NCBI GenBank assembly: GCA_016748015.1
Contig: JAAOMT010000070.1
Location: 248,001 to 312,000 of the forward strand
DNA: 64,000 nt
Direction: 5' to 3'
Source: Geosiphon pyriformis uo1
Lineage: Eukaryota > Fungi > Glomeromycota
The first letter of the stretch is position 1. The number at the start of each line of letters is the position of its first letter. This document shows, piece after piece, positions 12,013 to 22,500 of the stretch. Made by a program: the position numbers and the translations under genes. The notes beneath the pieces are model-generated. The model saw nothing but the letters and a program-made list of their open reading frames with translations. It was not told where the DNA came from and did no database searches.

Positions 12013-13398
12013 ATGAATTTGGAAAACTACAATGATCTCAAACAATATTTGGAAACATTAACAATCCCAACAGATTGGTCTCCAGATAAAAAACATTGAC
12101 TACAACAACAAGCCAAACAATATTTTCTACACAACAACATTATTTATTACCAAAATTTCAAAAACCCAGACAAACCACTTAGATTAATACAAAAACAGGA
12201 AAAAGAGACTATATTATACAACATGCACTCAGATCCTTCATCAGCCCACTTTGGAAAAGACAGCACCACCCAAAAAACACTAGAATACTACTTTTGGTCT
12301 CGAATAAGAAAAGACATTCACGAATATGTCGAATCTTGTGATAGTTGTCAAAGAAGAGGAGGAACTTGCCCTACAGAACTTTTAAACCCAATCAAAGTTG
12401 GACAGCCTTTTGACAAAGTTGGTATTGATTTAGTCGGACCACTACCTATCACAAACCAAGGAAACCGCTACATTGCAGTAGCCATAGACTATCTCACCAA
12501 ATGGCCTGAAGCCAGAGCCATTCAACGGGCAGATGCAAAATTAGTAGCAAACTTCATCTACGAAGACATCATTTATAGACATGAATGCCCAATAGAACTT
12601 TTATCTAATCAAGGAACACATTTCATGAACAATTTAATCCAGGAAATTTGTGGACAATTTAATGTCAAGAGACTATTATCTTCACCCTACCATCCACAAA
12701 CAAATAGACTGGTAGAACAGTTTAACAGAACATTGTGTGAATCATTAGCCAAAGTTTCAACCGATTTTGAGCAAGAATGGAATCTCTTTATTCCATCAGT
12801 GTTACTAGCATATAGGACACTAAAACAAGATACCACAAAACACACACCATTTGATTTAACTTATGGAAGGATGGCAATGTTACCAATTAGTTTCACAGTG
12901 GAAACATACCCAGCACAACCAATTGATGAAAACAATTTTCAAGAAATGCTTCAACAAAGAGCCTACACTCTGCTTAGCACATTGGAAGGAAAATGATGAA
13001 TAGCAGCCACCCATATTGAACACTCCCAAGCTCAACAAAAAGAATGGCATGATGACAAATTGTCTTCAGTCACCAATGAATTTAAAATTGGAAACAAAGT
13101 TCTCTTACACAGAACTAAAGCTGAAAAACAATGGAGTGGAAAATTTGAAAATAAATGGAATAGACCATTCTTTATCCATGAAGTTTTAGGCAACGGATCA
13201 TATAAGCTAAGACTTGATGACAAAATTCTAGCAAAAGTTGCACATGGAAATTGTTTGAAACACTATAATTCCAGAAACAATCTTGAACCATTAATTCCAC
13301 AAATTGGTACATATTCCCCTTTAATCAATCCCGAAGACATTCCCCAAAATTTAAAACTAATAGTTGTCATTGAACAGCCTCACAACTTGAACACTTAA
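12013..13398 (+). pseudogene. LTR-A integrase (HHCC, DDE core, GPF-type C-terminus, no chromodomain)
   Basis: MHSD..AHFG...CDSCQ; VGIDLVGPLP, SNQGTHF, PYHPQTNRLVEQFN; KWNRPF. Own ATG at 12013. Confidence 0.93.
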
Positions 13399-13518
13399 TT
13401 TAAATTTATTATTATAGTTATCTTCTTATAATTTAGAAACAATCTCACAAAAACAAAACAAAATAACATAAAAACTCATGCACCAAAAATAATTTTCTTT
13501 TATTTCAAATCGCTTATA

Positions 13519-14195
13519 ATGACTATTCCTCAAAACATTCAACAATTATTCCAAAAACTAATGTTAGCTTTAAAAACAATACCCGAATTATTCATTACTG
13601 TTACTGGAAACCACATTAATTATACCCAAACAGAAGTAGTTACAAATTTAGCTCCAAATTCACGAAAATATTACCCATATAAGAAGAACACAAGAAGTTA
13701 TACTGGAATTTACCTGCCAGAACTTTTAAAACTTACTTTAAGAGAAAATCTAATGTTCACTCTGATTAATATTCCACCAAATACTACAATTCAACAAAGA
13801 CTTCAACTGTGTCTCAATGAGGAAAACACTGAATATCCTCCAATCTATAGATATTTTCACATTGGAAAAACACTCTACAAACGGAAACTGGAACTTACAA
13901 CAGCAAATCTTGCAAAAGAAGCTATTCAGAAACAACTCCACAATGAATTCAAGACAACAGCTGGATCAACAAACAGTTGCTACAGGCTCAGAACTGCTCT
14001 TAGACTTTATGACCTATTTCACACCTGTGAAAACATACTACAAAACCCAATTTTTCAACCTTTGAAGATTTAATACATTGGAAAGCTCACAGAACTGAAA
14101 TTTCAACAATTTTCAGACCAAATTTCTTCAATAATTTTGGATTATTATCTGGAAATAACAAACAGTACTTGGACTTCAATGGAGCTCAGTCTTAA
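13519..14195 (+). pseudogene. LTR-A ORF3, unknown function
   Basis: 184 aa open, then one TAA at 14071; continues to the PPT (the frame would stop at 14238 inside the LTR). Motifs are shared with ORF3 of LTR-C and LTR-F. Confidence 0.8.
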
Positions 14196-14203
14196 GGAGG
14201 AGG
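14194..14203 (+). promoter_or_regulatory. Polypurine tract AAGGAGGAGG
   Basis: Purine run 3 nt upstream of the 3' LTR. Confidence 0.85.
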
Positions 14204-14206
14204 TTA

Positions 14207-15180
14207 TGTTACCAGATGAAATTAGAGATATTATTTAGCATAAAATTATCTTATAATTCCTATCATTAATTAGCATCGTTTCAAATTATTACTTATTACA
14301 TTAGCAAAAATGTCTGAAATTATCATTTAATTAATAACCCAAATTGTACACAACACAAATGTAACCTAATTGTGATGATCAATCATGCAATACCCTGAAC
14401 TATGTAACATTCAAAAGTTTGCCGAAATTTATAGAAATTCACCGAAATAATTGATAGTTCACCGAAATATCTAATAGTTTGCAGAAATAACTTGTAGTTT
14501 GCCGAAATGTATCTTTAGTTCAGTAAAATTGTAGAAAATAACAAAGTTCAAATTCATAGAATAGTGTTATAACAAGTTGTATAAAAGAAGAGCTTCTCTC
14601 TTTGAGAAAATGTATCTTATTTTAGATTTAACAATTAGAATCATCCTTTACACACAAAAACGAAATAAATATCAAATAATTCGAAAAATCAAATCCTAAA
14701 TTATTTCACTTTTGAAATTAACTAATTTCTACTAAACAGTTTGAAATTGATTAGCTATCAATTTCAGTAAACTGTTAGTGACTCCAGGCCTGGATAGAAA
14801 ACGTTTCCCTTGACAGAAATTCTATTTCTTTTACATTTCTTTTATTTTTCTTTTATTTTCTTATTACAATCATTAGGGTAGCCTACAGACAAGATTCCTG
14901 TAGAAGAGTTGACTTTTACAGCAAAGTAACTACACATTTTTAATGAGCTTCCAGATGAGCAATTCCTGGGAAAGAGTTGACGTTTACTACAACGTAATTA
15001 CATTAAAGCAACTGGCAAGGAATTGGCCATTCCACTCATAAGCCCAGCAGTTCAAATTATAGGAGATAATTTGAGAATAAATTCAGTTATTGGAGGTTCA
15101 AACACTTCCCATAATCGTAAATTAACAGCATTACAAAAAACATACAAGAGCTAAGAAGAGACCAAAAACCTCTGATAACA
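14207..15180 (+). repeat. LTR-A 3' LTR (974 bp)
   Basis: Direct repeat of 5325-6297. Confidence 0.96.
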
Positions 15181-15605
15181 TTGGCAACTATGTTCTCCAT
15201 ATTTTTGACATCTGAGAAACTGCTCACACTGCTAGAAACACTGCCAACTTTGCTTTCTCAGAACACCACAGGCTTAATACTGACATTACCAATATCTACC
15301 AAGCTCAGAGGGCCAGCAGATGAATTGACTATATTACTGGCTACAGGCATCTTTGGCTTCTTAAATGACAGACCATGAGAATACACACTATTCACACAAG
15401 CTTTTTTTTCCTACTAGACTGGGTCTTCAATCCAGTCAAACCAGCACCAGAACTACCAGCAAAAACGCTTACTGGATCTATAGAAACAAAAAAAGAAAAG
15501 TTGAAAGAAATAATTAGAAAAAAAACAAGAAAAAAAAAAGACTAATTAAACTTTGATAAAATTTTGCTCTTATTGTGGTTAGAGGATTGACAAAAGAAAA
15601 AAAAT
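15181..15605 (-). mobile_element. LINE-a 5' part (ORF1 N-terminus and 5' UTR)
   Basis: Removing LTR-A and one TTGG restores a sequence colinear with LINE-d around 42570-42610. The shared 5'-terminal motif is at 15567-15600. Confidence 0.9.
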
Positions 15606-15609
15606 TTGT

Positions 15610-15927
15610 TTTTCCTATATTTTTCTTAAATTTAATATTGTTAGTTTATGTTTAAAAAAAATTTATTAAAATTAATAGCATAACTGTTTTAAAAAATATA
15701 CAGTATTTTATTTAAAATATTTTTAAACCAATTAATTTTGCTTATTAAAAAGTTGGATTTAATATTAAAATTTTAAGTAATAATTTGCTAAAAAAAATTA
15801 ATTAGATTTAGTTATTTTTAATTTGGCACTTTAATTTCTATATAGTAGTTAATTTTATAAGAAAATTTACAACTGGTTTGTATTTTTATTTTATAAAAAC
15901 TTTGTATTATTATTTATTTATAATTAT
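15610..15927 (+). mobile_element. Ancient LINE ORF2 relic (left half, split by LTR-B)
   Basis: AT-drifted but alignable to ORF2 'LVWHPNSH...YFIKALHH.LPVAV' (aatttggcactttaatttc). Confidence 0.7.
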
Positions 15928-18900
15928 TATTACTTATAGAAAAAAAATACAAAAAAATAATAAGAAAAACAGATAGAAAAAATAGACCAATAAGAAAATA
16001 ATATTTAGCACATGAGCATATTGTCAAAAATTACAGGCACATTGCTTAGCAATGTAAGCATTGCTTGAAAAATTATAGCATATTGCTTATAAATGTGCAG
16101 AATCTTGTATAACATAAATTATATATATATAGCAAAAGTATTAAAAGCAAAAAAAGCAATTCCAGGAGAATTCAATAAAGTTTTATTAATTTAGAACAAT
16201 CTCTTTTCTTCTTTATTTATTAACCCTCATTTCAAGGATAGTGCTATTAACTGAAATGGAATTATATAAATAAAATATCTCTTTAATTTTTCAAATCTAT
16301 GTTATTATTATTTGTTTGAGAATTTAATCATTCTTCCATTTATCAACACTTCATGTTGATAAAATCTAACACTTAACCACACTAGAACAATAGCTCTTGA
16401 TCATAGCTATTAATGGAATACTATTTTCTTTTATTTTCTTTTATTTTATTTTATTTTATTTTTTTGTATTTACTAATTGATTAAAAGAATTAAAGTGCTA
16501 AATTATTGATGTCAAGAATAGCCTGGTAAAAAACCCAAAAATAAGGGTGAAATTACATATATATTAACAGATAGCTTACCAGAAGGGCACAACTGCCAGA
16601 ATAAATCCAACCACTAAGCTGAAAAAAAAATTGGGCAGAATTACGATTCCAAAAAACTATTACAATCACCATTAAATTTCTGTTCATTATACAAAAAACT
16701 CCACAACAAAACTTTCAGATTACAAACAATCTACTAATATCACCAACATTATCAATTGAGCACCAAGTTATGGATTTGTTATTTGATTTAAAATTCCAAA
16801 TAACCACTTATAACATTTGGTGCTCCCTATAAAATATAATCTAACAGAGAACCAGTATCAACAACAACTATGCAGGAAAGTGGCAGACCAAGAAAAAACA
16901 AGGGAAAATCACTTAGAATTTGTGAAATTCTTATTTTACTATTATCTTTAATAAACTCATTAAACTTAAAACTCTGATTATTTAAGACCTGATTATTAAA
17001 AACCCCAAACATTCGAAAACTACTATTGATAAATTCATTAAAACTTGTTAAATTAAAACTTCATTTATTTAAAACCCAATTATTAAAACCCCAAACATTC
17101 AAAACTTACCCTTGATAAATTTGTTAAAAATTTGTTAAATTAAAACTCTGATTATTCAAGATTTGATCATTAAAACCCCAAACATTCAAAAATTACTGTT
17201 AATAAATTCATTAAAACTTATTAAATTAAAACTCCGTTTATTTAAAACCTGATAGTTAAAACCCCAATTATTTGAAACTTACCTTTGATAAACTTGTTAA
17301 AAACTTGTTAAAACTCTGATTATTTAAGACTCAATCATTTAAAAACTCAAATATTTGAAACCTGATAATTCCAATTCCACTATCATACAAAAAAACTTAT
17401 CATCAATAAAACTTGTTAAACCTCTAACAATTCAAACTCCAGGAATTATTCAAAAACCCAAACATTTAAAGTCTAATAAATTTCAAACCCCATGAAACTT
17501 ACTTCTAATAGCCCAATAAAACCTAATTCTCACAGTACCAATAAATTAGCAAAACTTATCTGACAGTCCTGAGTTAGAATATTGGGACATAGTCACAATT
17601 GACTCCCATGTATTATATATTCAAAAAAGAGCCAATTAGTAAGAACAAATGAGAATTTGAATCAAAACTTAATCCTGATTCAAACTCTGTTAATGACAGC
17701 AACAATTTAACCTCCGTTAATAACAACAATTATTCAAACTCCACCAACAACAATTCAAATTCCACTTCAAATACTGAACAATATATCACACTTCTAGATC
17801 TTACAATAAAGTGGGAATTAACTTAATTCAGTAATAATAATGAGGGCATTATATCTGAACATATATATAATACAGATGCAAGATTTGAACTTGGATATTC
17901 TGAACAGACTATTATAGTTAAAAATTCCAGTTACATATAAAATTAGATTTAAAAATAGCAATAAAAATTACAGTAACAATATTGATACAAAAGAAAAATT
18001 TAGAAAATTTTGCAGAAGCTCAATATTAAAAGAGGGAATAATATTACTTATAGAAAAAGAATACAAAAAAATAGTAGGAAAAACAAATAGAGAAAATAGA
18101 CCAATAAGAGAATAGTATTTAGCATGTAAGCACATTGCTCAACAATAAGCATATTGTCAGAAATTACAGATATATTGCTTAACAATATATAAATATTGCT
18201 TAGCAATATATAAATATTGCTTGAGAAATCATGGCACATTGCTTATGAATATGCAGAATCTCATATAACATAAATTATATATATATAGCAAGAGTATTAA
18301 AAACAGAAAAAGCAATTCCAGGAGAATTTAATAAAGTTTTATTAATTTAGAACAATCTCCTTTCTTCTCTATTTATTAACTTTTATTTCAAGAATAGTTG
18401 CTATTAACCAAAATAGAATTATATAAATAAAATATCTCTTCAATTTTTCAAATCTATGTTATTATTATTTGTTTAAAAATCTAATTACTCTTTCATTTAT
18501 CAACACTTCATGTTAATAAAATTCAACACTTAACTATACTAAAACAATAGCTCTTAATCATGGCTATTAATGAGATACTATTTTTTTTTATTTTTTTTTA
18601 TTTTTTTTTTTGTGTTTACTAATTGATTAAAAGAATTAAAGCACTGAATTATTGATGTCAAGGATAGCCTGGTAAAAGACCCAGAAATAAGAGTGAAATT
18701 ACATATATATTAATAAATAGCTTACCAAAAAAGCACAACTGCTAGAATAAATTCAGCCACCAAGCTGAGAAAAAAATTGGGCAGAATTACAATTCCAGAA
18801 AACTACTATAATCACCACTAAATCTCTATCCATTATACAAAGAACTCCACAACAAAACCTTCAGATTACAAACAATCTACCAATATCACCAATGTTATTA

Positions 18901-18961
18901 ATTGAGCACCAAATTATGGGTTTGTTATTTGATTTGAAACCCCAAATAATCACTTGTAACA
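15928..18961 (+). mobile_element. LTR-B: non-autonomous, internally deleted LTR element (3.0 kb)
   Basis: LTRs 15928-16815 and 18042-18961, PBS TGGTGCTCCC at 16818, PPT AAAAGAGGGAA at 18028-18038, TSD TTAT/CTAT (one transition). The 1.2 kb interior holds the gag start, a tandem array and the dUTPase N-half. Confidence 0.9.
16945..17370 (+). repeat. Tandem array of ~5 units of 86-87 bp
   Basis: Anchor CCCCAAACATTC or a variant at 17003, 17089, 17176 and 17262. Confidence 0.85.
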
Positions 18962-19500
18962 CTATATAAAAACAGTTGTATAATAAGTATTATTATAATA
19001 TTTTGTGTTTTTATTGTAATAAGATTGAGTTTTTTGGTTATTTTTTTTATATAAAATAAATTTTAACATTTGTAAATAATTATTAGATTTATATACTGTT
19101 TTATAAAAATTAAACATTAATTTTTATGGGTTGTTATTATGTGTATTACAGCTGTTTTTAAAAAATAATACTAGGAATTTCTTTTTATCTTTAAGAATAC
19201 TAAAATTACAATTAATAAAATTGTGAAATTTGTGTGTAATTTTAGAATAGTATATTAAAAAAAAATTTGGCTGGTTTGTTTCAAATACAAAATAATTATA
19301 AAAAAAAATAATTTGATATTTTAAAATAAATTTGTATTGTTTATTATCAGTGGTTTTTTATTTCTATTTTTTGGTAATATTATAAAATTATTTAAAATTG
19401 TTAAAATATTTTGTATTAATTTTGGTATATATAAATTATGTTTATTTTTTTAAATATTAACAATATAATTTTTATTAGCTTAAATAATTAGTTATATATA
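18962..19500 (+). mobile_element. Ancient LINE ORF2 relic (right half: CCHC finger and C-terminus)
   Basis: Reads KQLYNKYYYNILCFYCNKIE, continuing from 15927; 'IWLVC' remnant at ~19265. Confidence 0.72.
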
Positions 19501-19544
19501 AAAATTATTTAATTTGATATATTATATTAAATTATGTTTAGATC

Positions 19545-22500
19545 TTTTTTATTTTATTTTATTTAAAGAATAAGATCCATATATTACTTAGTACAATATA
19601 TTATATAAGTAATTTAAATTAGGTGTAAATCATGTTTTTTCTATATATAAACAGTCATTTAGGCTGACCAAAACAATGCTATGCACTTATATAATTCAAA
19701 ACTGAGTCTTTAATGTCTAAAAAAACAAACAAGACTTATATAAGCCAAAATTAATACCAAATGCCTTAATAATATCAAACAATCTAATTTTATTAGCAGA
19801 AAATACTGTAAACTGTCCAAAAACAGAAACAAAAACTGAATTATCATGAAGAATTAGCCCATTTTTTTCATAAAAACATGATGCTTAGCACAAACCAACC
19901 AAATTTCTTTCTTAAAAGCAAGACAAAAATTACACACAAAATTCATGATTTTCAGATTCACAACTTTGAAATCACTAAAAACAAAAACAGTTTTCTGACA
20001 CCAATCATTAAAGACAAAGCTCTTGCAAAAAACTGTATACACTACAGCATTAGAGATACAAAAGAACATTAGTTGAGACATATATAAAGAGGAACAAAAA
20101 AGACCAAAAATCACTTTTCAAGTATCTGTATAAGCATTTAACAAATAATAACAAACAGAATTGTCAATTATACAAAAAAAAATATGGTTTGAGATCTTAA
20201 CATTATCACAATACAAATATGTCATATTAAAGTAGTACTTGTCATATAGGCATTTTTTAATAGCAATAAGTAATTAATAATATAAAGTTTTTATAAAATA
20301 AGTGTAAATATTAACAATAAGTCTACTAATAAAATCAGCAGCCATATGCAAATCAGAATGCTACACCAAAGATAAACTAAACCAATTAATATTCGAGAAC
20401 AAACAATTAGCCAGAACCTTAGAATCAGAACTGATTTACCAGCATACATGATAAATAAATCAAAAAATCTTACAAACAAAATATATAAAATTACCAGAAA
20501 CAATACTACTATCAGCCTTAATATAATGTTTTCTTAATTGGAAAAAAAGACACCAATTAGAAAAAAATACAATGTTAGTAAATGTATTAGCACATTTATT
20601 ATCTAAAACATCTGAGTAACTATTCACTTTGTGCCAATTAATATTCAAATTCTTGTCATGAATAACATCTATAATGTGCTATCATTCAATTTAACACCAA
20701 TTCTAAAAATCTGGATACATCAAACTTAACTCAAATTTACATATATCCAAAGCCACTTGACTGTTTGTAAATAATTAAATTGAGCCATAAAGAAAATACA
20801 CTTAAGAGTCAATACAATAGTCTGCAATTTTACTAATATAAAAAACATCAAACCAAAAATCTCAATACTTAGACCCAAATTCACATCTTCAAAAAAAACC
20901 ACAACATCAGCCTTCATGTGAATTGTTTCCAAGTTTTTTAGAGACTCATTTGTATAAACAGACATGCTACCAATATTAATATCTAATAAACAACTACAAA
21001 CCAACTCAAATTCACTCAATTTAAGAATATTAAAAAGTCTAACATTGCCCAAAAAAGGAGAGCAGATAAAAAAAGAGACCATATTACTAAAAAAGTTAAT
21101 AAAAGGCTTAAACCATTCAGAAATAAAGCCACAAGAGTCTAATTTTTTCCATTGCTTAAAAATTTACTAATTAAAAATAAATTCATTTTGACAACAAAGT
21201 TGGTCCATAAAAGCAATATTATATTATCAAAGTAAAGAGAAAAACTTAAAGAACTTAGATTCATTAAGAACAATTAACATAAAAGTTCCACTCCCAAAAT
21301 AAAAAGAATTGTTTATAAAACTACCTAAGGACAAATTGTACTTAAGAAAAATACAAATCACATTTGCCAAAAAATTATTAAAAGGACTGATTCTAATATA
21401 AGTTAAAGAGCACAAAAGATGAATTAGACTCTAATACAGAATTTGCAAATCATGAGATTTGTGAGAAAACAAACAATTCAAAATTCTAATAAAGTTTGCA
21501 AAATTTACAAGAAAGGCCAATTTGCTCTTAATTTAGACCTGCTTAAAAGTTTTCAGACCATACAAAGAAAGGTAATAAAGTGTATTATTAGAAAAATTAA
21601 AAAGCAAACCAGATTTTAACTTTAAGCTTTTGTGAATCAAAGCATTTTACTTATTATATACACTAATAAGAACAAAGCTGAATTGCATTCTGTAGCTAAC
21701 AATAGATAAAAAACAGCTAACACCAAATACAAAAACTGTTTATTAGAGATAATTTTTTTCAGAACAAGATTGGCAAAAAACCAGATATTTGTATGTGCTT
21801 TAGCCAAACTAGATTTTGATAAATTCTTAGTTGATAGAAAGATACTCAGGTAACAATGAAATTCTTTTTTTTTAATAATAGAAATAAATAAGTCACTAAT
21901 TAACAAAGAAAAGCTTCCAACTCTGCAATTGATAGAAATGATCACTATCTTGTCATTTTTAATAAAAATGTTATTAATCTGAAAGAATTCATTTGTAATA
22001 TTAAGAATATATTGGGTAGTATTTTGATTGCAACCAATCCAGATAGTGTTATTAACAAAAGCACTAATAGTGAGAAAAGATGTCAATTCAGTCCAAGATT
22101 TTACACAATCAGTTTTGGCAACAAAATAAAAATTCAATTTATATTCACACACATTTTTCTGTCTTTTGATTTCACACAAAAGAAGATTATAAAATATACA
22201 CCAAAAAAAAGACAAGAACACTTTCTCCTAATCCAAACTATCATGTATTTGATATTTACCTGTTAATTCAAAATCAGTCATCACTTTGTTAACACAATTA
22301 TTGTAAATATTACCAAAAAATCAAATAAACCTGTTATATATCTTTATTTTAACCAAGTTTTTTTCAAGATGCTCCCAACTAACAGAATTGTAAGCTTTTT
22401 ACATGTTCTGCAAAACCAGCCAGAGTTCATGGTTTTTTTTCAAAGTGTTCTCAATTATTGAACCAACAGCAAAAATAGGAGACTATATTATTGTACCCTT

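Larger units (their letters stand above)
5325..15180 (+). mobile_element. LTR-A: full-length Ty3/Gypsy-type LTR retrotransposon with dUTPase and extra 3' ORF
   Basis: Paired LTRs 5325-6297 and 14207-15180, TG...CA termini, 4-bp TSD TTGG (5321-5324 / 15181-15184), PBS, PPT, and PR-RT-RH-IN order. Confidence 0.97.

Noticed and set aside
6343-13398. Alternative genetic code (TGA=Arg) or programmed readthrough explaining the many in-frame TGA codons
   Set aside because: CGA->TGA is the expected CpG deamination product, the same process is visible in the non-coding LTRs, TAA/TAG stops also occur, and TGA is a true stop in LINE ORF1 and the kinase.
13200-13398. Chromodomain at the integrase C-terminus
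   Set aside because: After the GPF-type motif there is only a short Pro/Ile-rich tail, with no YLVKW-like aromatic cage motif.
13519-14195. env gene call for ORF3
   Set aside because: No visible signal peptide, transmembrane anchor or fusion-protein layout, and it is too short; only the position matches.
16945-17370. CRISPR-like array
   Set aside because: Whole units are repeated with no unique spacers, there are no cas genes, and the context is eukaryotic.
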